Assembly (NCBI GenBank): GCA_051294375.1
Contig: CM119269.1
Location: 21,970,815-22,034,814, forward strand
DNA length: 64,000 nucleotides
From: Paraspadella gotoi
Taxonomy: Eukaryota; Animalia; Chaetognatha
Direction of reading: 5' to 3'
Positions 1 to 13,564 of this stretch are shown here, one piece after another. Position 1 is the stretch's first letter. The number at the start of each line of letters is the position of its first letter. A model generated the notes under the pieces. The model had not been told where the DNA came from, searched no databases, and saw nothing but the letters and a program-made list of their open reading frames with translations. Made by a program: the position numbers and the translations under genes.

Positions 1-408
1 TTTTTTGCATTATTTTTTATTGAATCATTTTTCCAACGTGCATCATTTTTAAAATTTTTATCATTTATTTCAAATTGAATATTTTGTTAAATTTGCATCA
101 TTTTTTTAATTCGTATGAAGCTAAAGCGATTTACAAAAAAATATTAAAAAATAAGAATTTAACCGAAAATTGTGAAATTTCGAATTTAATTTTTATGGAC
201 TTTAGTATCAAACTTTTTTCATCAACATAATATATGAATATTTCTATCAAAAGTAATAAAAAGGTTCAGAATCTACTGGGAAGAAAGAGAGAGAGAGAGA
301 GAGAGTGAGAGAGAAGAGAGTAGAGAGAGAGAGGGAAAGATGAGAGAGAGAGATAGAGAGGGACAGAGGAGGGATAGAGAGAGAGATAGAGAGAGAGTGA
401 GGAGAGAC

Positions 409-443
<35 letters not shown>

Positions 444-539
444 AATTTCAACAGAAACAAAAAAAGCGGAAAAAAAGAACCAAAGGGTCGAAACGATCGG
501 AGATGAGAAGCGGAGAGGAGAAGCGATAGGAGCGAAAAT

Positions 540-1090
540 GAGAAGCGATAGGAGTGAAGATAATCAATAGGACCGCATTGGAAAGAAGAGCAGAAGCTAT
601 AGTAGCGAAAAGGGCAAGCGATAGGAGCGAAATAGAAAAGCGATAGGAGCGGAGAAGAAAAGCGTTAGAAGCAGAGATGAGAAGCGATTGTAGCTAAAAA
701 AAAGAGAAGCAATAGGAGCGGAGAAAAAAAGCAATAGGAGCGAATAGGAGAAGCGATTGGAGCGAAAAAGAAAAGCGATAGGAGTTGATAAGAAAAGCGA
801 TAGGAGTGGATTTCAACGGAAACCAAAAGTTATAGGAGCGAAAAGGAGAAGCGATTGAAATGGGAAGGAATTGAAAAGAGCAGCAATAGGAGCGGAGAAA
901 AACAGCAAAAGAAGCAGAGTGGAGCAGCAATAGGAGCGAAGAAAAGCAGCAAAAGAAGTAAGAGGAGCAGAGTGGGGGAGAAAAAGTAGCAAGAGGAGCA
1001 GAGTGGAGCAACAATAGGAGCGGAGAAAAGCAGCAAAAGGAGCAAGAGGAGCAGAGTGGATCCGCAAAAGGAGCAGAGTGGAGCAGAGAA
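540..1090. repeat. Degenerate purine-rich minisatellite (gcgataggagcg / gagcagagtgga units)
   Basis: Recurrent aagcgataggagc and gagcagagtggagcag motifs. Overlapping ORFs are repetitive translations of the repeat. Confidence 0.8.
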
Positions 1091-1729
1091 TCTTAATCGG
1101 GAGATTTGTATTCATAGAAGGAAGAGGAGGCTGACAGCCGAAACAGATAGGCCGAAGAGGCGATCCAAATTGTCTCAATCCTTCTCTCTCTCTCTCTCTC
1201 TCTCTCGTATCTCTATATCTCCTCTCTCTCTTCTCTCTCTCTCTTCTCTTCTCTCTCTCTCTCTTTTCTTTCTTTTCACTTTTTTGGTCCCACCTCCTTC
1301 CCTTCTTTTTGCTTTTTCCGCATTTCATTACCTTATTTGTCTTTCTCTTCCTTTTCAGTTAATGTTTACTTTTAAAATTATTTTTATTTACTATGCTTTA
1401 TTTTTTATTTTTACGTATTTATTGTATTATTATTGACGTTTCATTACATTTTTACTTACAGCCTTTGCAAATTTTCTCTCACAGCTCACAATTCTGCATC
1501 AATTGCATACCGGTTCACTTACCAGGATTTCGAGCAAGACCAACAGCTTTCAAGAAAGTTATCCAATTTATTGCATAACACTTAACCCTTTCTGAAGAAT
1601 CATTGTGGCTTGGGAATGGAGAAACCTTTAAAAAATATTTCAGAAAGTTTGAAAATGTTAAATACTCTGTCGTGCCATTGCATGTAGATAACATAGCGTC
1701 CACTAACTTGTGTAACTAACTTATAAAAT

Positions 1730-1880
1730 TACACTTCGGCGCTAAAAAGAGTGACCACTTTTTTCACACAGAAATAATCCGTATTGGATGGCTGAATTTT
1801 ACAGAGATATATAAACATAAAACAAAGCTTATTAAAAGATAGGTTCAAGTCCCGATAAAATCGAACGAAGCGTTCAAAAA
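1730..1880 (+). mobile_element. Possible Tc1/mariner-type element end (dispersed repeat, copy 1)
   Basis: Begins TA|CACTTCGGCGC and shares ccgtattggatggctgaatt and caagtccc with the copy at 8562. The opposite terminus was not found. Confidence 0.4.
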
Positions 1881-3385
1881 TTAAAGGACCTTCAAAATCT
1901 GTTGGTTTTATGTATTATGTAGTTTATATTTTATTTTTAAAAATTTAGACTATTACAAGTTATTTTGCCATTTTCATTATATCGAATCATATTCTATAAT
2001 ATCTATAATATTTTATAATCATATTTATCTTATCTTATCTTATCTTAATCTTATCTTTATTAAAATTGGCTTCCATAGTAAAGATTGAAAATTCCGTCCT
2101 CCACTCCATTTTATGGTACAGCCTTGTGGAGGTTGATAAACTTTGAATTAATCTAAAGGTCACCTCTCAGCTTGATTCACTGGCTTCTCAATATCAACGC
2201 TCAAGCTCATTTTAAAACTGTTTATTTTTTGTTTAAATCTTTTCAACTTTTTCAAGATTCAATCCCTGATTCATTTTTGACAGCGCAACTCCCTTCTCTA
2301 CCCATGGGGACCGACCCACGGGGATGACCCAGGAGAATATCAAAGTGGTCCCTTTTCTTCCATCAACGCCCAAGTAAGTCGCTGAGAGTGCGCGCGGACC
2401 TCGTGGGACCCTCGCACTCACTTCCACATCCCAATTCCCGTTCAAATTTTTAACTTGAATATTTTTTCTTTTTTTTCTCTTCAATTCCATGTCATTCCTT
2501 TTTCCTTCATTCTCTCTCTCTCTATCCCGCTTTTCAGTTTATTACAATCATCATCTCCCTCTCTATCAATTTCTCTATTTTAATCATTTCTCTCTTTACT
2601 TTTCTATCCACTTCTCTTCCTCTCTATCCTTCCTCTCTATCCTTACTATACTCGCTCTCTTTCCTCTTTGTTTCCCAATCTCCTACTTCCCTACTCCCAT
2701 ACGCCCTACTGTCTCTACTCCGTCACTACTCCAATGTAGCGCTCCCCTAGGTCCCCTCACTGAGACTTCCCAAAGCTCTAACCTCTCTTCTTTTTAAGAA
2801 AACGTCACAGCAAAATTGTTTTTAAGGCGGTGAGGGCCTCTCTCTTTTGCTCAGTCTCTCGGTCGACTCTCTGCTCGTCTCGAGCTGTCTCACGTAGTCT
2901 TCTCTTGTCATCTCTTTCTCCCTCTCTCTCTCTCTAAGGAGGAGGCTGTTTATGGCTGTAAACCATTAACGACCCACGATCGCTCATCTTTCTGGCATCA
3001 ACGGAATTAGGCCGTTAATTCTGAGAAATAATTTCCAGTTTTGAAGATAATTTTTTAAAGATTAAGAAATTAAGAAACATTTTTGGATTCGAGTTACGCT
3101 TTGCGCTCGTCAATGTCAAAAAAACCGTGGCCGAAGAACCAATGTGAAATTTAAAAGTTAACATCTACGATATTTATCTTCATTTTATTTTTTACCAAAT
3201 TTTACATCAGGTTTTGCGTTACAACTTTGAAAATAGAAGATAGACTGCCAGCGATTTTTTTTTTCTTTTAACTGTCGATTGAATATGGCAAGGAGTTGTT
3301 CATCTCTCTCTCTCTCTCTCTACACAGTCTCATTCTCTTTTTCTTTCTTAACTTTTTTCTTTTTTTCTTTTACTAATTTTTCTTT

Positions 3386-3481
<96 letters not shown>

Positions 3482-3588
3482 TCCCCATTTTCCCGCCTCA
3501 CCTTTCAACTTTCTTTTCCCCTAACAGGGAATTTTTTTAAAAAGTAAAAAAAAGAAAATAAACGTTTTTGTCATCATTTTCTCATCAG

Positions 3589-3731
3589 GTCTGCACGAGA
3601 GCGCCGCTGCCGCTGCCGCTGCCGCCCTCTGCAGAGGCCCTGCCGCTGCCTTTTTAAACGCCATAGACGCGATCTGCAAAAGCGGTCGCCTCCACGAGCT
3701 CTGGCCACAATACCAATTGACTTTAATTTAG
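3589..3731 (+). CDS. Possible terminal exon (GLHESAAAAAAAALCRGPAAAFLNAIDAICKSGRLHELWPQYQLTLI*)
   Basis: GC-rich island after a pyrimidine tract and cag acceptor, open to TAG. No upstream exon identified. Confidence 0.3.
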
Positions 3732-4896
3732 TCCAACGAGCCATATATTATGTTACTACATCCTTGAATATATTTTACGAAGTTAGGATGAAATAAAAAA
3801 GCTTTTTTTTGTCTTTCTGGGGCGGCCAATATCAAAGCCGAAATACCGACAGATGGAAAACAAGTTTTTCGAGATAATTATAATTATTAATTAGCCCAAC
3901 CAAAAAAAATTAAACTAGTAAAACGAGAAGTATGTTCCCCTATTTAGTTTCCTAATTAAGTATTAATTTTAGCTAATTAGCCTTTGAAACGAGAAAACTT
4001 AAATGGTTCCGTAAATATTGGTCAGTGGCAAGAAAAGGAGTTGTAGACAAGACGCTAACCGAGCTGACTATAACTGACTTCTTGAATCGATAGAACGGAT
4101 CCTGGGTAGACACTAGGCGGGGGGGGTAACTACGTCCGGAGCGGTAATACGACCGGCCTCAGTCTTCACGCTTCCATTGGAGAAATCGTACCGGTACCAA
4201 TGGTCAATGACTATTGAACATTATGGGTACTATGGCCATATAACTGTGCAGTCAGTCAGTCGACAATTCACCAACATCTCAAAGATCTCTCTCTTGATCG
4301 AATCACCCCCCCCACTGAGCTCGATCCTTTCTTTCACTTAGAGTTCAATCTTCAGTTTCACTCAACAATTTTTGTGTTTCACAAAAACTGAGCCTAACGA
4401 GGGGGCGAGACTTGGAGTGCCCTGGGAAGGGGGAGTCTGTGACCCCAGTGGGGGGGCAGGGGCGTCTCTCTCTCTCTNNNNNNNNNNNNNNNNNNNNNNN
4501 NNNNNNNNNNNNNNNNNNNNNNNNNNNNNNNNNNNNNNNNNNNNNNNNNNNNNNNNNNNNNNNNNNNNNNNNNNNNNNNNNNNNNNNNNNNNNNNNNNNN
4601 NNNNNNNNNNNNNNNNNNNNNNNNNNNNNNNNNNNNNNNNNNNNNNNNNNNNNNNNNNNNNNNNNNNNNNNNNNNNNNNNNNNNNNNNNNNNNNNNNNNN
4701 NNNNNNNNNNNNNNNNNNNNNNNNNNNNNNNNNNNTTCTGTCCTTATACTAATTCAATGAGCCTCCCAATAAAAAAAATTGTTTTAAATCTTATTTTAAA
4801 AATCTTTTTTTTTTTTTTGTCATTTTTTCATTATTTTCCAAAAATACATATTTCACTCACATTAAATTTAATAAAAACGAAACTTGTAACCCAAAA

Positions 4897-7501
4897 TCAT
4901 CGTCTCCATGGTTGCGACGCCTTCACCGTCATTCGTTCCGATTTCCACTCCCTCTCGGCGTCATTTCTCGGCGTCCTCATCCTCCGGCGCCGATCGACGC
5001 CAAAATTAAAACCGGCGCCGTTATGGAACCGATTCTCGGAGACTCCAAAACGGACGTCGTCGCTTCTCCCGACGCTCTTAAAGTCGACGCCGCCGATGGA
5101 ACGAGTTTGACGAAGATGGCGCCGGATTATGTCGGCGACATCGTTGGAAGAACGCCGCTTGAGGGCGCCGGAACAAGAGGTCGGACAATTAGAGAGAGCA
5201 GTGGAGTTTCTGAAAGGAAACAAAAACGTCGTTCGTGTCTATTTTATTCTGTTCTTTTCTGCTCAGTTCTGTTCTGTTTTGAAAAAATTTTGTTCTTTTA
5301 TTTTCTGCTCAGTTCTGTTCTGTTTGTGGGATTCGAACGCCTACTTCCGTTTCTGAGCCAATTATCTGCCACATGTTCTTTTATTTTCTGCTCTTATTTG
5401 TTCTGTTTTGATAAGTTTTGTTCTTTTATTTCCTGCTCTTATTTGTTCTGTTTTGTTAAGTTTTGTTCTTTTATTTTCTGCTCTTATTTGTTCTGTTTTG
5501 TTCAGTTTTGTTCTTTTCTTTTCTGCTCTTATTTGTTCTGTTTTGTTAAGTTTTGTTCNNNNNNNNNNNNNNNNNNNNNNNNNNNNNNNNNNNNNNNNNN
5601 NNNNNNNNNNNNNNNNNNNNNNNNNNNNNNNNNNNNNNNNNNNNNNNNNNNNNNNNNNNNNNNNNNNNNNNNNNNNNNNNNNNNNNNNNNNNNNNNNNNN
5701 NNNNNNNNNNNNNNNNNNNNNNNNNNNNNNNNNNNNNNNNNNNNNNNCTGCTCTTATTTGTTCTGTTTTGTTAAGTTTTGTTCTTTTGTTTTTTTTATTT
5801 TCTGCTCTGTTCTGTAATTTTTTGGTTTTTTTTTTACTGTTTTGCTATGTTTTGCTCTTTTCTTCTGAGCTGTTTTGTTCTGTTTTGTTCCTTTTCTCTC
5901 TTTTCTGCTCTTTTCGGTAATTTTTTTTTTAGGTGTTATTCTCTGTTCTTCTCTTTTATTCCCTTCTGTTATTGTGTTCTTTTACGTTCTGGTCTATTAT
6001 TTTCCGGTTTGTTCTGAACTATTTTTTTCTATTGTCTAAGACTTACTTCCTTTTTTTAGACGAGTCGATTCTGTTCCGTTCTCTTACTATTCTGTTCCGT
6101 TCTCTTACTATTCTGTTCCGTTCTCTTACTATTCTGTTCCGTTCTCTTACTATTCTGTTCCGTTCTCTTACTATTCTGTTCCGTTCTCTTACTATTCTGT
6201 TCAGTTCTCTTACTATTCTGTTCTGTTCTCTTACTATTCTCTTTCGTTCTCTTACTATTCTGTTCCGTTCTCTTACTATTCTGTTCAGTTCTCTTACTAT
6301 TCTGTTCCGTTCTCTTACTATGCCGCTTACGCCCGTTATTATGAGATCGAAACCCAAACTTTCCGGAAACTCACCTAAAATCGGACGATTGCTGCTGCTG
6401 CTGCCGCAGAAGCGGATTGTGCTGTCGGTATCCGCAGCATGCGGCGCCGTAGCGTCGTTCCCGCCGCTGCTCGCTGCCGATCTGCAGCGGGGGAGATCAA
6501 AAACGGGGAAGATTGTGAAATTGGGGAAAGGAAAGGAAAGGAACGGGAAGGAAAGGAAAGGAAAGGAAAGGAAAGGAAAGGAAANNNNNNNNNNNNNNNN
6601 NNNNNNNNNTCCCTCCTTTCCTTCCCTCCCTTCCCTTCCGCTTATGTATCGGACTATCACATTATGCCAATTTCCCCTTCCCTACCCTTCCCTTCCTTCC
6701 ATCTATACCTTTGGCCTTTCTCTTCTTTTCTTTCCTTTTTCCTTTCCTTATGCCCCTTTACTCTTCCTTCTTTCCTTTCTTTCTCTCTTCCTCTCCTTTC
6801 CTATGAACCTTCCCTTTCCCTTTTACATCTGGATATGCCTCCTCCTTTCCGCGTTCTTTTCGTTCTCTCTAAGATAGCCCTTCGACAATCCTCCCGTTTT
6901 GATATCCACCCGCTGCAACGATCGGCAGAGACAGCGGAGAAAGGAAAGGAAAGGAAAGGAAAATTAAAATAATTACAAAATCATTTCAAAAAACGAAAAA
7001 AAAGGGATCTCTACTATGGAACCGAAGGCATTTGAGAATCTCCAATCTCCAACCAGCCCGAACTCCACCTTGCTCTGCCCTGCCCTGCCCTACCCTACCC
7101 TGCCCTGCCTTGACCTGAACTCCCCCGCATTTTTCGCATCCTTCTTTATTGTTGATTTTATGTTCGAAAACTTGAGCCGAGACCCATTTCGTTTCTTTAG
7201 TGGCGCAGAGACAGGCGCATGCGCAGGGGCCGCTGCCGCCGTAGCCGCCGCTTACGGTGCCGCTGCCGCCGCTTACGCCGCCGACGCTGCCGCCGCCGCC
7301 GCGGCTGCAGCCATCCTCGCCATCCTGCCGCAGCACGGCTTTCGATCCGTCCGCCATGTAAATCATCTTAAAAGTCTTTCCATTCAAATCTTCAGATTCT
7401 TCGAATTCGATCGGAACGACGAGTTCCACTTTGCCCCATGGACACTCGTGGACAACCTTTTGGGGGTGGGAGAATTCGAGGTCTTCATTAATTGTTACCA
7501 T
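4897..7501 (-). CDS. Multi-exon hypothetical protein gene (exons approx. 7501-7114, 6911-6828, 6481-6375, 5210-4897)
   Basis: aaaATG at 7501 with a CCAAT upstream. GC-rich open blocks bounded by AG/GT (e.g. ttttag|gtgagt at ~6375, tttcag|aaac at ~5210). The phase of exon 2 is unresolved and no domain was recognised. Confidence 0.5.
5374..5790. repeat. 45-bp intronic minisatellite spanning an N gap
   Basis: Unit ctgctcttatttgttctgttttgttaagttttgttcttttattttt, repeated on both sides of the gap. Confidence 0.85.
6068..6320. repeat. 21-bp tandem repeat, about 12 copies
   Basis: Unit ttctgttccgttctcttacta. Confidence 0.95.
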
Positions 7502-8561
7502 TTTGAATTTAAATAAGTCTTTTTTTTTTACTTAATTCGGTCTAAGGTTGAAATAAGGTTTGTGATTGGTCGGCTTTCCTATGATTCGCGAAGACGACGA
7601 GCAATCACATCACAAGGCCGACATAGTCCGTCTATAGGTCTATTATGGTTATGATACTATTTTATTCTCAATATTATTTTATGTTAATATTTTTTACGTG
7701 AATAATTAAAAGTTTTCCTTAAATTCTAAACTCAAACGCATCGTACCGAAAGACCAAAGCCACAAAGTCTACGTTAGTATTTCAATTTATTTCATATACT
7801 ATTGTATTTTATTTTGCCCGACCTCGCCCGCCCTCTCTTCATCCCTTTCTGCCCGACCTGCCCTATCCTAAGCCTCTGCTTCGGCATCGGCGCCACCTCC
7901 GTCCGAATTCCATTGGCATCATTTTCCGGCTCCTTTTCCACGTAGAGGCGACATCCGGCGCCGAGATCCGACGCCGCTTCGTAGATTTCCTCGTGGGATG
8001 TCACGACCTTGAACAATATCGAAANNNNNNNNNNNNNNNNNNNNNNNNNCATTATCATTTCATTTGAGCTAATAAAATATGACAGTAAAAAATTCTTATA
8101 TTATTTAACCAATTTTTAATTTAAGGGCCACTTGGAGGTTAAAAAAGTAAGGGTAAATCTTTGCATTTGTCCATGGGTGAGATTCAGTTTTATCAAATTC
8201 TAATTTTTATTGCTTTACACTATTATAAGCGATATCTAAAAAATTTACTTTTGGCTCAATCTGTTGGTCTTTTTCTCTCTTTTCTCTCTCGCCTCTCTCT
8301 TAGTTTACCTCTCTATATTTCTTATATTTGTTTTAGAAAAAACTTTTATTCTTGTTAATATTCTTTTACGCACTAATAATAACTTAAAAAAATAAGGTCA
8401 AATATTATTATAGGCAAAAAAAATATATCTTTTTTTGTAACTTGAAATTCAATTATGTCAAAATTATAAATTGTGGGGATTGATATATACGATGTATATT
8501 TGTGTGAAAGTCTTATGTGAATTGAATATAGCTTGAGCAAGGTACTGTCATTAATCTATCG

Positions 8562-8760
8562 TACACTACGGCGCAAAATAAAAACCTTTCACACTTTACA
8601 AATGATGAAAAAACCGTATTGGATGGCTGAATTATTTATATATAGGTATATTAAACAATAAATAAAAATAAAGTAATTGAAGAATAAAGGCGAATTGAGC
8701 ATACAAGTCCCATTAAAAATGACCGAGGCAACAATGTTCGGTAAGTTATACAGTTCGGAC
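8562..8760 (+). mobile_element. Possible Tc1/mariner-type element end (dispersed repeat, copy 2)
   Basis: TA|CACTACGGCGCAAAA start, homologous to 1730-1880. Confidence 0.4.
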
Positions 8761-8860
8761 TGTCGATTGGTAATCACCAAAATCGAAAAGATGAAGAAAT
8801 TAGTTTTCGGGCGTCAAAAAGAGTAAAAGGGACTTTTTCCCTATTAAAGTGTTTATAATT

Positions 8861-9100
8861 GAAATTGGTACAAGATGAATTACAAATATGGGAAGAATTA
8901 ATCCAATTTGATTAATAATCACAGGGAATCTAATCATTGCCCTCCCCTTGACTTTTAGACAGGCTTTTGGTGGTTTAAAGAATAATAACATAGCAGGTCC
9001 CGTGCAAGCTTTCAATCAAGACTCCTCACAGTCTCTTTTATTCACTCCAGAGGTACTGGCTTCCTATCGATGAGGGTGTATAAATGTTTCAAAGATGGTT
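8861..9100 (+). repeat. Dispersed repeat family beginning GAAATTGGTACAA
   Basis: Aligns by eye to 35877-36100 (caagctttcaatcaagactc, ctggct(t)tcctatc) and 16328-16430. The terminal motif also occurs on the minus strand at ~20591 and ~53116. Confidence 0.7.
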
Positions 9101-9355
9101 TCATATGTATGTGTGAATAATATAATTTTTCTTGCACCAATTGATTCTTATTATAAAGAAGATATATTTTGTTATAAAATGTATTATTAGAACATTAAAA
9201 AAAGAATAATATGTTTTAACCAATATTGATTAACTGAGACTTAATTAGGGTTTTTTGAATATTTTATTTACGCAGATACAGGCTAGATCAAAACAAATTT
9301 AGAAGATAAATATTCTTAAATTGGGTTTTTTAAAAAAAAATAGTTTATGTATAAG

Positions 9356-11282
9356 GGAGCAGGTGTGTACAGACCGACCCTAATATTTATATATTTTTTA
9401 TGTTATTTATACTTAAATCCCATTAACGCTCCAGTTGATCGAGGAAGCGATAGAAGCGCTGATCTCTACGGAGGCGGAAGAGGAAGCGCTTCCTCGATCC
9501 CAGTTTGCGTTTTGGTTAGACGAGGTGGAGATACCCGAATGTTCAGGTTCGAGACAGCGGATCATTGCACTTTTTTTCTATCTTTTTTAAAAGTAATATA
9601 CTTAGGTGTTTTTTTAAAAAAAATAATTATTTTTAGTTTTTTGCTAATTTTTAAATGAAGGATTATCTTTCTTTATTTTTTTCTCCTCTTCAAAAGTGTT
9701 TTTTCTCTCCCTTCCTCTTTCCTTTCCCTTTCCCTTGTCTCCTTGTCCTTTCTCTTCCTTGTCCTTCTTCGCTTTCCTTTCTTCCTTTCCTTTCCTTTTC
9801 TTTTCCTTTCCTTTATTTCCTTCCTCTCCTTTCCTCTCTTTTCCTTTCCTTTCCCTTTCCTTTTTCCTTTCCTTTCTCCCTTTCTCCTCCTTTCCTCTTT
9901 TCTTCTTCCTTTCCTTTCCCTTTCTCTTTCCTTTCCTGTTCCTCCCTTTCTCTTCCTTCTCCTTTCCTTTCTCTCCCTCCTCCTTCTCCCGCTGTCCTTC
10001 TTCTCTTTCCTTCTCCTTCCCTTGGTCGAACTCTATCTGTGAGATCGGTGTCTGACCCTTTCGTCGCATTTGTTCCTTCCTTCCTTTCTCCCTTCTTCTC
10101 CTTCTTTAGCATCATTTTAAGTCACAAGGTTTTTTCGAATTCAGTACAAGGAAACGGCACAAGTGGCCTCAGAATAGCAAGATACTCAACTCCCACCGGC
10201 GCTGCGTCCGGGCGAGGCCCAGCGGCCCCGCGGTCGGCCCTGCCCCGACGCGGTCGGGCGTCGGACGGTTACATCACGCGCGGAAGAGCCTTTGTCGGAA
10301 ATCGCCCGGCGACGGGCGGCGGCGACGGACCCCCGCTGCGCACAGCCTCCGGCTGCACGCCGACGAACAGCGACTATGTCTGCAGAGAAAGATGCTCTGC
10401 AAGCGAACGATGTCGGCAGCGGAACGATGTCTGCATCCTGCAGGACGAAGAAGACCGACCAGCGGCTGCAGTCAGAAACTGCGGACGCTCTGACCTGGAC
10501 GGACAAGTGGGAGAATGTGCAGGAAGGGGTGAGGGGTGACGATGAGGTTGAGATAGGTTTATGGTAAGTTTAAAGAAAATAATAAGCTCAGTAAAAACAT
10601 AAATTTAAAATTTTTGGGACCTACAGTTGACGGAAAACATCGTTTAACTAGATTTATTTTCCCTAGTTGACAAATTAGACATTTATGACGTCGTGACATT
10701 TCGAACATTGTGACTTTTGCTATTGTTACATTTTTGGTCAATTGCTTGACGATTATTGTCATTTTAAACCAATTTTAACATTTTTTCACTTCTTCATTTG
10801 ACATTTTGACCTTTTCAGTTTTAACATTGACTCTTTGCTCCATTGACATTTTGTTGTCACTGAGTGACATTATAATGTTCGATAGAAGGAAAGGAAAGGA
10901 AAGGAAAGGAAAGGAAAGGAGAAAGAAAAAACCATGAAAGAAAAATGAAGAAAAATAGAAAAGAGAAAAAAATAAAGAAAAAATATCCTCAATTTAAAAA
11001 TTAGCAATAAAATAAAAGAATTATTATTTAAAAAAAAAACACCAATATATTACTTTAAAAAATGATAGAAAAAAAGTGCAAAGATCCGGTCTCGAACCTG
11101 AGACATTCGGGTATCTCCACCTCGTCAACCAAAACGCAAACGGGAGGAAGCGCTTCCTCTTCCGCCTCCGTAGAGATCAGCGCTTCTATCGCTTCCTCGA
11201 TCAACTGGGCGTTAAGGGATTTTAAGTTATAAATAAATAAATAAATATATAAATATTAGGTCGGTCTGTCACACCTGTCCCA
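9356..11282. repeat. Inverted duplication (9356-9690 vs ~10950-11282), likely fold-back artefact
   Basis: The left arm is an indel-rich reverse complement of the right arm, including gene A exon 11204-11098. Confidence 0.85.
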
Positions 11283-13472
11283 TGATCCTTGCGACGTTTT
11301 CTTTCGCCACCGCGTAGAGGAATTTGTCTCCCAATTCATCTAGTATTCGTGAGAAGAGGCGCTCCTTGGATTAAAAATAGATTAGAAATAGATTAGATAT
11401 AAAAAAGTTGAAAATGGAAGAGGAAAAAAATATAAATATTAAATTAAAATTGGCTAAAGAGGAAATCGATAGTTTCGTCAGCTGTTCTACAATTATTAGT
11501 TATAACTTTTGAGCCTAAGCTAGCTTAACATTACTATAAATCTATCAATCATTCGAACGTCCAAGCTTATGAACGCATGCATTGGACTATGCTTATCCTT
11601 ACCAAAAACTTACCTTTTCGGAAATGAGAATAGTGTCGCTCTTCGTCGGCCGCATTGGTCCATCGAACAGGACGGAAAAGTCTTCATGACTTTGTCCTGT
11701 TGAAATAAACGCTTTGTGGTCAGGTCCAGTTCTCTCTCGGTCTCTCAGTGCGGTGCTCGTCTCGGTCTCGTGCTCGTCTCTCTCTCTGCTCGTCGTCTCT
11801 CTCTGCGTCGCTCGGTGCGTTGCTCTCTGCGTCTCTCGTCTCTCTCTCTCTGCTGCCTCCTTCTCCCGTCTCTCTCTCTCTTTGTTGATGTAAGATGTAC
11901 CAATTACGAGCAGATTTTGAGAAGGCGTTCATAAGTTTCCGGTATTCATAATAGATCAGGAGAATATGGCCTTGGATGCAGCAAGCTTGAGTCCCACTTA
12001 CTGAATACGTAAAAAATAATACTCTGTTACAAAGAATAAAAACGAATTATAAAAACTGAGGACTCTGGTTATTGATAGTATTGATCAATTAACATTGGGC
12101 GATTAATAGTTGTTGTGATACTAGTGTGGATCACCAATAGAACGCTTGTTGGGGTTTCCAACAAAAAATGTCTTGCTTAAATTGTGAGTTAGGAAAGGAG
12201 CCCATGCCTATTGTCCACGAGAATACTGTAGAATGATGTCGAGTTGTTCAGTTACCAGTGGTTGATGAGAAGGAGACTCAAAACGTATTAATACTTACAA
12301 AGTGTATACAGATAATGTAGCTTTTGTAGGGGCAGTTTAAGAGGCTACAAGGGGCCTAAAGCTCGCAGCTTGTTGGTTTTTCGAAGATGTCAAATTCAAT
12401 TTTCTCTCTCTCTCTGTCTCTCTCTGTACGGCGGTGTCGAAATCAATCCAGCCTTTTCAAGTTCTTTTTCTTGCTTAATCAAACTGAAAATAAAGATATC
12501 CTAATTGTTAATATTATCTAATATTGTTCAAATTGTTTATACTGGAGAAGTGAACGCAGCTAGTATAATACTGGTCGTTGCTCCTTTTTTAAAACAAAGT
12601 TATCAAGTTAGACGGAAGAGGTCGTAAGCAAGTTACCACGGCCCAACCGAAAAACTCGTTGAAAACAAAAGATATTTTTCAAAAAAATAAGAATAAATTT
12701 CTAAACTTGTACGAATAAATTTAAATAAAAAATATTCAACACAGATGTTTTTTTACCACATGAAATTTTAAAAAAATGTACTAATCAGTAAAGAATTGAT
12801 TATTAGTAATGACGTTTTAGACAAAAGCTTTTTGGATTGATAAAATCTTCTCCCGAGAAAAGGTAATTTTTATCAACCTTTCATAACCAATCAAAAAACA
12901 TTCTCCTTATACGATCATACTTCTACAGTAAACGCCCTCCAAACCAAGCATTCCACCTGACCAAGCTTTCTTCTCACTTATCGTAAATCTCTTTCAACTC
13001 TGGTGGAATCTCTTGTCCTTCAGCAAGGAGTTCCTTGATTCTCGCCTCAGCTTCGGCCTTCAACGAACCCAATGAAGTCAGCGAATCTCGACTCTCGATC
13101 TCAGCCGCTTTCTTCTGAAGCTTGGCGAGCTTGTCGAGCAAATGCTTGGGCGGGTCCTTGCCCGCCTTTCGGTAAGCCTCGATCTGGATTGACGAGTGAA
13201 AGGGAAAGAAAGCTGAAGAATGAGATTCAGGTAAACTGAATAAAACTGAAAGTCAACTGAAGAATGAGTTTCGTGTTTATCTCAATTTCGGTCAAAAGAA
13301 CTCAAATCGAGGAGAATGAAAACAAATTTTAGCTTTATTCTTTTAGGTAAAGTTTTAAGAGGACTATGGGACTAGCAGCAGAAGATTGACTAATTTTGTT
13401 CATTTGTAAACTTTACAATTATTACGACGAGGTAAAACTTTGAACTCGCACAGTATGCCACCATGCCACTTT

Positions 13473-13564
<92 letters not shown>

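Noticed and set aside
266-1436. ORF-track proteins rich in SL/ER/FL repeats (also 3279-3524, 5408-6877, 9644-10115, 59217-59876, 61253-63255)
   Set aside because: Translations of microsatellites and minisatellites.
1515-1703. Minus-strand exon candidate (..FLKAVGLARNPG|gtaagt)
   Set aside because: Good donor, but AT-rich unlike other exons here and no partner exon could be linked.
4100-4477. GC-rich segment next to a gap resembling a transposon end or promoter
   Set aside because: No second copy, TIR partner or ORF in the window, so it cannot be classified.
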